IMG/VR virus record: IMGVR_UViG_3300017731_000001
Source: a virus
Direction: 5' to 3' (one strand)
DNA length: 64,000 nt
The notes below the pieces were generated by a model. It did no database searches and had not been told where the DNA came from. It was given only the letters and a program-made list of their open reading frames with translations. A program made the position numbers and the translations under genes. Each line of letters begins with the position of its first letter. Position 1 is the first letter of the stretch. Positions 56,382 to 64,000 of the stretch are shown one piece after another.

Positions 56382-57142
56382 ATTTACTACTGGGCGATTG
56401 TTTATACCTGCTGCCTACGATTGCAGATAACAGTGTTGATATGCTGCTGGTAGATTTGCCCTACGGTACAACTGCGTGTAAGTGGGATAGTATTATCCCT
56501 TTGGATAAGTTGTGGGATCAATATAACCGAATCTGTAAAGAAAACGCAGCAATGGTATTTACTGCCGCACAACCTTTCACAACTATATTGGCAGCATCTA
56601 ATATCAAAAATTTGAAGTATGAATGGATATGGGAGAAACCGCAGGGAACTAATCCCATGAACGCCAAAGTCATGCCTCTTAAGAGTCATGAAAACATCCT
56701 GGTATTTTATAGAAAGAAACCAACATATAATCCTCAAATGTGGTATTCAACTCCATATAGTGGGTTTAAGTCTGAGACAGCAAAGATAGGCGAAGTTTAT
56801 GGAGGAGCAAAATCTAAGCATCGGGACAATCCTGAGGGGTCTCGCTACCCCAAGACCATTTTAAAATGCAAGCAAGAGAAGGGTTTGCATCCAACGCAGA
56901 AACCTGTGGCACTGATGGAGTATTTGGTTAAAACATACACTCATAAAGGTGAGACAGTGCTGGATAATACCATGGGAAGTGGCACAACAGGCGTTGCATG
57001 TGTCAATACTGATAGAAATTTCATAGGAATTGAGAGTGATGAAAAGTATTATGCCATAGCAGAGAACCGCATGAACAGCACTGTGCCACTTGAAGAACTG
57101 GAGTCAACCCCTTGCAATCCACTCACTAATGCCTTATATTAA
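56375..57142 (+). CDS. N4-C/N6-A DNA methyltransferase (beta class)
   Basis: GDC, DLPYG, WIWEK, HPTQKP, VLD.TMGSGTTG. Confidence 0.9.
   Translation: MVNLLLGDCLYLLPTIADNSVDMLLVDLPYGTTACKWDSIIPLDKLWDQYNRICKENAAMVFTAAQPFTTILAASNIKNLKYEWIWEKPQGTNPMNAKVMPLKSHENILVFYRKKPTYNPQMWYSTPYSGFKSETAKIGEVYGGAKSKHRDNPEGSRYPKTILKCKQEKGLHPTQKPVALMEYLVKTYTHKGETVLDNTMGSGTTGVACVNTDRNFIGIESDEKYYAIAENRMNSTVPLEELESTPCNPLTNALY
57082..57140 (+). promoter_or_regulatory. Early promoter cassette embedded in the MTase 3' end
   Basis: TGTGCCACTT..AACTGG; TTGCAA-17-TATATT. Confidence 0.55.
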
Positions 57143-57240
57143 GGAAGTGGAGGGGAGACCCGACACGACACACCCAGAGGCAACACACATAAGAGCAGAG
57201 ACAAACCTCTGCCGCCTCTCATCCACATTCTCTTTCTAGC

Positions 57241-57681
57241 ATGGCAACCCGCGCCCGCATTGGTATTCAACTCTCAGATGACTCCATTCTTTCTGTTTAT
57301 CATCACTGGGATGGTTATCCTACTTGGTTGGGTCGGATTCTCAAGACGCACTACAATACAAAGGAGAAAGTAGCAGAACTGATTGATGGTGGTGATATGT
57401 CATCTTGCTGGACAAAAGATCGCTGGACTGGTAAGCAAGTTGCAAAATATGTGATTGAAAATGTTGAGGTTGAAGAATATGGTCCTCAATATTATTCTGC
57501 TCGTGGTGAGAATTGCCCTCCTCGTCTTGATGACCTGTTTGAGTATCTTGACAAGAAAAACAATGAAGAGTATGCTTACATTTGGACTGTAAATAACAAA
57601 TGGGTTTGCATGGATATGAACCAGTTCAATGACAATAACCCTGAAAAGGTTGAAATTCCAGAAGGAGCACTTGCAGTATGA
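57241..57681 (+). CDS. Conserved phage hypothetical protein
   Basis: MATRARIG...SVYHHWDGYP.WLG..L...Y, EYAY. Confidence 0.7.
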   Translation: MATRARIGIQLSDDSILSVYHHWDGYPTWLGRILKTHYNTKEKVAELIDGGDMSSCWTKDRWTGKQVAKYVIENVEVEEYGPQYYSARGENCPPRLDDLFEYLDKKNNEEYAYIWTVNNKWVCMDMNQFNDNNPEKVEIPEGALAV

Positions 57682-58013
57682 CATCAATGCTTTTCACTTC
57701 CGGACAATCATCACACTCACATCTTGCTCAAAGTGTATTTGAGTTCTTTACATCACTCTATGGTGTAAAGAGTGATGTTGAAGTATTTCATACAGATCTC
57801 ACTGATGACAATGCATTTGGTTTTACTGAAATCAATGGTGATGAGCAATTCATTCAGATTCACAATGATTTGAATGAGAATGATTACATTACCACACTAT
57901 TGCATGAACTTGTTCATGTTGTTCAGAATGAAAATGGTCAGTTTGATGACACTCAGAGAGAGAAGGAGGCATATGAGTTAGAGTCTATCCTGTTCAACCG
58001 GTTCGGCAAATGA
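57678..58013 (+). CDS. HExxH metallopeptidase-like protein
   Basis: TLLHELVHVVQ...EKEAY. Confidence 0.6.
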   Translation: MTSMLFTSGQSSHSHLAQSVFEFFTSLYGVKSDVEVFHTDLTDDNAFGFTEINGDEQFIQIHNDLNENDYITTLLHELVHVVQNENGQFDDTQREKEAYELESILFNRFGK

Positions 58014-58052
58014 CACAAGGGGGTTGACACAGACCTCCAACTCGTGTATATT
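57998..58052 (+). promoter_or_regulatory. Early promoter cassette
   Basis: CCGGTT..TGACACA; TTGACA-17-TATATT. Confidence 0.7.
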
Positions 58053-58125
58053 AGGTTCATGGGAGAGGAAGTGCCCTAAAGACTCCACATTCTATAATCC
58101 CACCTACATGGGTGGCGTCATTCCA

Positions 58126-58827
58126 ATGACTGTAATGTTCAAATCCGATCTTTCAAAAATTCGTATCACACGCCAATTTGAGACAAATATTGCTCTTGCT
58201 GAGGGTATTTGTCATACAGAAAATATTAGTGATACCGATCTCAAGAAACTGATTAACTTCAAGTCTCTTGATCGTCTTGCTGAACTTCTTTGTACCAATC
58301 GTGAATACGTCTATGAGAAGTGTAAAGCAGACTATGAGTTTGCTTTAGCTGTTGCTCATGGCACTGCTATTCTTGCCTCACGTCAAGGTTCAAAGGATGA
58401 ATCTTACGTTCTTGATCAGATTAACCGCGTCTCTAGTGGTTATGGTATCTACGTACAATCTCTGAACAATCAGGATCTTCGTCCTACAAAGGATGGACGC
58501 CTGTTGAACAAAGCAGAGTTCCAAGAGTCTGGTCTTGATAAACTTGAGTGCCTCAAGTCTATCGATGGTGTGATCAACGGTAATGTAGAAGGATACATCT
58601 TTGCCAAGATTTGTTTTGGTGAAGGTGGACATCAGGATAATGTGTTCCACGAAGCAGCACACTTTGCTGACTGGGCAGAACAGTATGGTGAGGAAGGCAA
58701 AGTATATGTCATCCTCATCGATACTGACCTGACTAACAAGTTTGATCGTCTTAAGTTTAACTACGACTCTGACACAGTTTGGGTCGTTGATCATGTAGAA
58801 TTCCAGCAACGTCTTGGTATTGAATGA
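58126..58827 (+). CDS. Putative restriction-like endonuclease
   Basis: SRQG..E, KSID, FAK...GGHQDN pattern; ATGA overlap with the MTase. Start moved downstream of the promoter. Confidence 0.45.
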   Translation: MTVMFKSDLSKIRITRQFETNIALAEGICHTENISDTDLKKLINFKSLDRLAELLCTNREYVYEKCKADYEFALAVAHGTAILASRQGSKDESYVLDQINRVSSGYGIYVQSLNNQDLRPTKDGRLLNKAEFQESGLDKLECLKSIDGVINGNVEGYIFAKICFGEGGHQDNVFHEAAHFADWAEQYGEEGKVYVILIDTDLTNKFDRLKFNYDSDTVWVVDHVEFQQRLGIE

Positions 58828-59795
58828 GTAAGCAACTCCTGGGTCAGTATTATACAACGACTGACCCATTCAACAACTCCGGTGCATTCCGTTCCTGGTA
58901 TCAGATGGTGCCCAAGACTACAATCTTGGAACCATTTGCAGGTGCGGGGCACCTTTTTTCGTATGTAAATGCAGAGTGGCATGGATATGATATTGAGCCC
59001 AATCATCCTGATATAGAGTATAGAAATACATTTGAACAGTTTCCTACTGGGTACAGAGTGTGTATCACTAACCCACCATACCTTGCGAAGACAGTAGTAT
59101 CACGTAAGAAACTACCAGTGCAACTAATACATGAAGACATGTACCTTGATGCACTACAATTAATGCTGGATAACTGTGAGTACGTCGCTGCAATCATACC
59201 CAGTACATTCTGGAACCAAAGATTATTCAAGGATAGACTGTATGCATGGGATAAGTTTGATATGCAACTATTCACAGATACTGATGCACCCGCAGGTGTT
59301 GCATATTTTGTTCCGCATAGAGTAGAACACACACGAACATTTGTCAATGGTGAGGAGATTGTGCTCACATCTGACAACACACCAACAAAAACTGATTTTC
59401 ATGTGCGCTTCAACCCACGCGACCTAGCACCCATCCTCGTAAATGGAATTGATACAAATACACAGAATAACATTCATCTCCGTATGTTACAGGACAATGA
59501 CATACCATCACTAGTGAATAGTACTGGTGAGTGTAAGAATACTAACAGAAATCACTTCCCAATTGAGTCAACAATGGTAAAAGAGGCAGATCTACCCGCA
59601 ATCAATGCAATGATAGACCAATGGAGAGATGAGACTATGGATTTTTTCCTTACTAGTTTCAAGTCTCCCATGGCATCAGGCAAGTACAGAAAACGGATCA
59701 GTTTCATGGAAGTCAGGTGGTTGCTTTGGAAATTCTATATGCCAGTTGAAGAAGTGTCACAGAACCCATTGGAAAGTGCTCTGTATACCCTATAA
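58824..59795 (+). CDS. N6-adenine DNA methyltransferase (gamma class)
   Basis: GQYYT, LEPFAGAG, ITNPPY. Confidence 0.85.
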   Translation: MSKQLLGQYYTTTDPFNNSGAFRSWYQMVPKTTILEPFAGAGHLFSYVNAEWHGYDIEPNHPDIEYRNTFEQFPTGYRVCITNPPYLAKTVVSRKKLPVQLIHEDMYLDALQLMLDNCEYVAAIIPSTFWNQRLFKDRLYAWDKFDMQLFTDTDAPAGVAYFVPHRVEHTRTFVNGEEIVLTSDNTPTKTDFHVRFNPRDLAPILVNGIDTNTQNNIHLRMLQDNDIPSLVNSTGECKNTNRNHFPIESTMVKEADLPAINAMIDQWRDETMDFFLTSFKSPMASGKYRKRISFMEVRWLLWKFYMPVEEVSQNPLESALYTL

Positions 59796-59796
59796 T
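59740..59796 (+). promoter_or_regulatory. Early promoter cassette embedded in the MTase 3' end
   Basis: TGCCAGTT..AAGTGTCACA; TATAAT at 59791. Confidence 0.7.
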
Positions 59797-59822
59797 AACT
59801 ACATAAGCAACCAACCCCACCC

Positions 59823-60089
59823 ATGCAACTTACAAACTCCGTCTGTGTCGTTGATTTCTTCCCTGAGGCATTCATTGCCGAGGCAGATCCTATCACAGGA
59901 ATGAAGGTTGTTGTTAAGCGTTTCCAGAAGCGTGTCACTTTCCGTGCCAATGGTCAAAAATCTTATAGCACTGTGACCATGCTCACTGCCAAGAATGAGT
60001 GGGCAGAGCGTATTGCCAATGGTGCAACAGTTACTAACTACAACACCGACAAAATGGATCGTTCCGAGTACACTCCAATGGGTTGCTGA
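59823..60089 (+). CDS. Hypothetical early protein
   Basis: VDFFPEAFIAE...VKRFQKRVTF. Confidence 0.6.
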   Translation: MQLTNSVCVVDFFPEAFIAEADPITGMKVVVKRFQKRVTFRANGQKSYSTVTMLTAKNEWAERIANGATVTNYNTDKMDRSEYTPMGC

Positions 60090-60234
60090 TTATGTTTACC
60101 ACAGAAGACCATGAGTTTATCGATTTTCTCTTCGGTAAACTCACTTCTCTTACTGACACTGAGATGATTGATTTGCAGGATGATGATTCATGCTGCGATC
60201 ACCTTGAATTTGAACAACTAACTCTCCCCGAATC

Positions 60235-60483
60235 ATGAACCCACAATTTTCTGGTGTATTTACAACGGTCAAAGATCATGGTGGAGTCTATGCAGTTTGT
60301 ACTGAAGGTGAATTATTTTACTCTCCAATGTATGAAGATGGTAGTGTAAATTTTGAGGAGTTTGAAATTGTAGATTTTTGGGATTCTAAAATTGATCCAG
60401 AGGAACTTGAAAAAATTCAATCGGTATTGATTGATATGATGCAGATTGCTGGTCTGTATTTTAAGTCCATGGTGCCAGTTTAA
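60235..60483 (+). CDS. Hypothetical protein
   Basis: 82-aa ORF whose 3' end runs into the promoter motif. Confidence 0.55.
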   Translation: MNPQFSGVFTTVKDHGGVYAVCTEGELFYSPMYEDGSVNFEEFEIVDFWDSKIDPEELEKIQSVLIDMMQIAGLYFKSMVPV

Positions 60484-60529
60484 CCGGTGTCACACGGCAT
60501 CTTGAAACCCTCTCAGGATGCCCTATAAT
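60472..60529 (+). promoter_or_regulatory. Early promoter cassette
   Basis: GTGCCAGTT..GTGTCACA; GGCATC/GATGCC stem; TTGAAA-16-TATAAT. Confidence 0.7.
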
Positions 60530-60553
60530 ACATTCATACAAGGGAAACCACCC

Positions 60554-60940
60554 ATGACTGCCACCTTCACAGATTACGTTGCTCAACAGGATGCACGTAA
60601 CACCATTCAGTTGAATGTCACTAAGTATGCTCTCATGCTTTGTGATGCACTGCAACAGTCTCATCAACGTTCACATCCAAATGGTCGCAACTATTCTTAT
60701 GCACTGATTTCTGGTCGTAAGTATCACAAAGTCATGCAGTGTGTAGATGGTCAGACTGAATCAGTTCATGCCTTCATTGATAAGAAGACCGGTGAAGTTT
60801 ACAAGGCAGCATCATACAAAGCACCAGCAAAAGGTGTACGTTTCAATCTGCTAATCATCGAAGAACGTGAGTTTGTGTTGGAAAATTGTGATTGGGCAGG
60901 TGGATATCTCTATCGTAATGCATACTATCAAGGTGCATGA
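60554..60940 (+). CDS. Conserved cyanophage early protein
   Basis: GRKYHK, SVHAFIDKKTGEVYKAAS.KAPAKGVR, DWAGGYLY; start at ATG 60554. Confidence 0.7.
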   Translation: MTATFTDYVAQQDARNTIQLNVTKYALMLCDALQQSHQRSHPNGRNYSYALISGRKYHKVMQCVDGQTESVHAFIDKKTGEVYKAASYKAPAKGVRFNLLIIEEREFVLENCDWAGGYLYRNAYYQGA

Positions 60941-61003
60941 TAGAATTTAATGAAGAACAATACTGTCTTATTATGGAGGCAGTAGAGGATTATGCTATGC
61001 TAG

Positions 61004-61264
61004 TTGATGAAGAAACCTCCTTCAAATGTGAGGAGATTAACTCTATTATTCAGGCACATCTTGATGAATTACACTAAAGGACAACTGATTGATGCACTTG
61101 TGGCAGAGTGGGACTATCTTTGCCATGATGATTATGACCCAGAAGATCCAACACCAGAAGAATATCGTAAAGAGATGGAAGAACTTACAATCGAACAATT
61201 GATTGAAGAAACATCAACTGGTGAAGGTTACACTCTTGATGAATTTATGGAGAACCATTCATGA
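61004..61264 (+). CDS. Hypothetical acidic protein (true start probably downstream, MNYTKGQL)
   Basis: ORF track. Confidence 0.5.
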   Translation: MMKKPPSNVRRLTLLFRHILMNYTKGQLIDALVAEWDYLCHDDYDPEDPTPEEYRKEMEELTIEQLIEETSTGEGYTLDEFMENHS

Positions 61265-61644
61265 CACACGAATACGATCTCACGGACCAATCTGACCTTG
61301 ATATGTTGGATGAGGTTGATGGTGAGTATTACAATTGGGACCAGAATCACTCTGGTTATTTGTGGTTGACTGATGCATGTGTGGAGAAGTATGGATTAGA
61401 GAAGGGTATGGATGTAGAACCCATTGACTGGGATATTTGGGATGATGAGTATTATGCTGAATACAAAGAGAGAGGATTAAAGTGGGATTTTTATATTCAA
61501 CAATATGCCTCAGTGCATGATAAGGATGGAAAGTATCTCCGTGATTGCACTTATGAAGACTGGGAGGTATGTAAGGCAAATGGTATTAAGGAAGAAATGT
61601 TAAGTGATGAAGGTTGCGAAGTTATGGGATGGTGCGACGGATGA
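61261..61644 (+). CDS. Hypothetical acidic protein
   Basis: ORF with ATGA overlap. Confidence 0.55.
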   Translation: MTHEYDLTDQSDLDMLDEVDGEYYNWDQNHSGYLWLTDACVEKYGLEKGMDVEPIDWDIWDDEYYAEYKERGLKWDFYIQQYASVHDKDGKYLRDCTYEDWEVCKANGIKEEMLSDEGCEVMGWCDG

Positions 61645-61799
61645 AAGTATCATGTGATCGATGGGTTGTCTCATGGAAACGTGAGAAGAAAAATGGTTAT
61701 ACTTCAACCCAGCAGGTTGTGGTCTATGGAATCGAAAATGTTGAGCACGTCATCAACACAATGGTTCCGACAGATGAATGGAGTGTAACACCGGCATGA
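61641..61799 (+). CDS. Hypothetical protein
   Basis: MKVSCDRWVVSW... within ORF 61614..61799. Confidence 0.5.
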   Translation: MKVSCDRWVVSWKREKKNGYTSTQQVVVYGIENVEHVINTMVPTDEWSVTPA

Positions 61800-61949
61800 C
61801 TTCCACACACAAACTAATCTTTATAGCATCCTTTATGTGGTTTATGAATTGGGGAACACGATTAACCTATTCTCTTCTGAGTGGATTATGATTGAAGTTC
61901 CTCCATTGACATGTGGTATAAATTAAAGTAAAATAGTAACACACTTGAG

Positions 61950-62135
61950 GTGAACCCCATGGAAGAAAGACTTTTCAAAATTCAAGAGTTGAGTACAGTC
62001 GGGTGGGAGGATGTTGTTGAGGACGACAATTCTAATCGTAAATTGACTAAGGAACAATGTAATGCCAAACTGCAAGGTTATCTCGGAATTGGAATCGCAC
62101 CAGACAGACTCAGAGCAGTTATTGACAACGATTGA
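61950..62135 (+). CDS. Hypothetical protein
   Basis: IQELST.GW...LTKEQC......G.AP.RL. Confidence 0.55.
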   Translation: MNPMEERLFKIQELSTVGWEDVVEDDNSNRKLTKEQCNAKLQGYLGIGIAPDRLRAVIDND

Positions 62136-62424
62136 ACTTCCGCGTGATTTCACACATCAATCTCCAAAAGGTTTCTCATATGAAGTTACAGAGCATAGAA
62201 AAAATATGCTTGCTATTTGGATTCTCAACCATGGTATGTTCTCTTATACTGATACACCTCCCCGATCAATCTGGGGATTCTATAGTACAAAGAAGAGATG
62301 CTATCATGCGCCTATTAACTCCACCAAGCACGGAGATAAGGTAGATATTAGTTCTACGACTCCATATACCGCAATGCAACTCAACCTCAACCCTCTTGAA
62401 TATGCACTATACTCCAAAAGTTGA
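62062..62424 (+). CDS. Conserved cyanophage hypothetical protein (start uncertain)
   Basis: F.H..P.G..YE, IWGFY, TTPYTAM.L.LNPLE. Confidence 0.55.
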   Translation: MPNCKVISELESHQTDSEQLLTTIELPRDFTHQSPKGFSYEVTEHRKNMLAIWILNHGMFSYTDTPPRSIWGFYSTKKRCYHAPINSTKHGDKVDISSTTPYTAMQLNLNPLEYALYSKS

Positions 62425-62698
62425 TGACTATGTTATTTGGAATCATAATGGTTTAGTTCATAAGGGTTGGGTATATTTTGTGGATGAACTGTATATTACG
62501 ATTGAGACTGGTATCAAACCAAAACCTAATTGTCAATATACAAAGAATGAGAAACACAAATACATTCATACACTCTTACTATGTCATCCATACTATTGGA
62601 AAGAGTTAGAGTATGTTCATACAAGGAAGAATAAGTACGGCAAAACCTTAGATGAGATGGATATATACGATCGGTTTGATAATGTTGAGGTAGATTAA
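62396..62698 (+). CDS. Hypothetical protein
   Basis: P.VDDYV.W...GWVYF....YITIE. Confidence 0.55.
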   Translation: MNMHYTPKVDDYVIWNHNGLVHKGWVYFVDELYITIETGIKPKPNCQYTKNEKHKYIHTLLLCHPYYWKELEYVHTRKNKYGKTLDEMDIYDRFDNVEVD

Positions 62699-62702
62699 AT
62701 TT

Positions 62703-63353
62703 GTGAATCCATATAAAAAGGTATTATTCCCAATACACATCTTCCAGGCTCATATCAAGGAGAATGAGTTAATTAAGGAGGAATTGTCTCATGCGATTGA
62801 GAACTATCGTGATAAGGGAGATTCAAAAGTACCCGAAGGATGGTTGACTGATAATCTACTGACATCATTTGATGCAACTAATTTTAACTTCAAACTCTTT
62901 TCTGAGAGTCATGTGACACAGAGATTGTATGAAAAATATATTCTTAAGTTCTTTGATAGACCGACAAAGGTCAATGTACTCGAAATGTGGTTTAATTATT
63001 ATAGCAATGGTGAGTATCAAGAAGTGCATACACATGTGCAACCAGATATATTTGGTATTCGACCACATTTCTCATGTATTCATTATTTAAAGTTTGATCC
63101 TGAGGTACATCAACCAGTGGTATTCAATGACCCAATCGGAATACTAAGGCAAACCAATTCAATTGAACTTGACTCTAATAACTATAATGATGAGTATGAA
63201 CCACAATTAAGAGAGGGTAGCATACTCATGTTCCCTCCATACTTGGAGCACTATGTACCAAAATCAGAACCAACACCCGACAATCCAAGAATCAGTGTGG
63301 CATTTAATATTATCCTGACAGAATACGGAGAGGACAAATTGTATGGACCTTAA
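62703..63353 (+). CDS. 2OG-Fe(II) oxygenase (TIGR02466-like)
   Basis: W.N.Y..G.YQE.HTH, FS.IHYL, FP..L.H.V, RISVAFN. Confidence 0.8.
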   Translation: MNPYKKVLFPIHIFQAHIKENELIKEELSHAIENYRDKGDSKVPEGWLTDNLLTSFDATNFNFKLFSESHVTQRLYEKYILKFFDRPTKVNVLEMWFNYYSNGEYQEVHTHVQPDIFGIRPHFSCIHYLKFDPEVHQPVVFNDPIGILRQTNSIELDSNNYNDEYEPQLREGSILMFPPYLEHYVPKSEPTPDNPRISVAFNIILTEYGEDKLYGP

Positions 63354-63822
63354 TTATATCGATCAGTTTTTTTCTGAGGAGGAGCATCAGGTTATTCATG
63401 AGTATTGTATGAGTGCAGAGTATTCATATGGTGAGAGAGATGATATGAATTTACCTGTGACGGGTATGATTCATAATATACCAGAGACAGAGTTTGTTTA
63501 TAAATTAATCAAAAAGAGGTTAAAAGATTCATCAGAGCAAGTGCAGGGTAAGAAACTCTACCGAATGTATGTGAATTGTTTTGTACCATGTGAGCGTCCA
63601 TATTTTCATACCGATGGAGAGGAAGGAATTACATTCATCTATTATCCAAATATGGGATGGGACAAAGATGATGGAGGAGAGACACAATTTCTAATGAATG
63701 ATGAACTGTATGGTATATTACCAATACCGAATCGTATGGTCGTGTTTAGTGCGAATCTATTGCATCGTGCCACAACATTCAGAAATGACCACCGATTTAC
63801 CGTCGCAATTAAATATATGTGA
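63343..63822 (+). CDS. 2OG-Fe(II) oxygenase
   Basis: HTDG, YY.N..W....GGET.F, NR.V.F....H, RFTVA. Confidence 0.8.
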   Translation: MDLNYIDQFFSEEEHQVIHEYCMSAEYSYGERDDMNLPVTGMIHNIPETEFVYKLIKKRLKDSSEQVQGKKLYRMYVNCFVPCERPYFHTDGEEGITFIYYPNMGWDKDDGGETQFLMNDELYGILPIPNRMVVFSANLLHRATTFRNDHRFTVAIKYM

Positions 63823-63854
63823 ATAAATAAATATGGGTAAAAACTGTTTCTGTA

Positions 63855-64000
63855 ATGGCAATTAATAAAACACAAACCAAATACTTTAGTTCCGGAGAGA
63901 TTAAATTCAGTGCCATTCGGGATACTTTCGGTGATTTAGCAGGAACGAATGTAAGTGCATCTGATTATCTAAGAAATGCCGGTGATGATGTAGATTGGTC
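63855..64000 (+). CDS. Late structural protein, 3'-truncated by the window edge
   Basis: ATAAATA at 63823; MAINKTQTKYFSSGEIKFSAIRDTFG... Confidence 0.55.
   Translation, partial: MAINKTQTKYFSSGEIKFSAIRDTFGDLAGTNVSASDYLRNAGDDVDW

Noticed and set aside
1-64000. tRNA or rRNA genes
   Set aside because: No cloverleaf with T-loop/CCA or rRNA-like segment recognised by eye; a tRNAscan run would be needed to exclude them fully.

Overview
This window is a segment of a T4-like marine cyanophage (cyanomyovirus) genome. The assignment rests on core genes gp33, gp59, gp32, gp53, gp48, gp4, gp26, gp51 and gp5-like genes, on thyX, phoH, nrdC and cp12, and on TAAATA-type late and sigma70-type early promoters. 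It has four parts. (1) 0.5-21.7 kb is an unusual accessory island of three paralogous ~1,580-aa Kelch-like proteins. Each has 30 repeats grouped as 5 x 6 blades, with a constant framework and two hypervariable loops per blade. Each gene is followed by the same 35-bp promoter-containing junction and then a different set of modifying enzymes: two glycosyltransferases plus a degenerate 2OG-Fe oxygenase; a 2OG-Fe oxygenase plus a sulfotransferase; a prolyl-4-hydroxylase-like oxygenase plus a carbamoyltransferase. My best candidate for an undescribed system is this island, read as diversified virion beta-propeller adhesins with dedicated decoration enzymes (inference). (2) 21.7-29.2 kb holds a candidate sRNA, tandem glutamine-riboswitch-like motifs (one enclosing an ORF) and nucleotide/replication genes. 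(3) 29.2-51.9 kb is the baseplate/tail module, with a likely -1 frameshift joining gp26 to gp51. (4) 51.9-64 kb is an early hypervariable region of promoter-bounded cassettes with a helicase, an NblA-like ORF, cp12, two nuclease-methyltransferase pairs and 2OG-Fe oxygenases. All calls come from motif recognition by eye; no searches were run.
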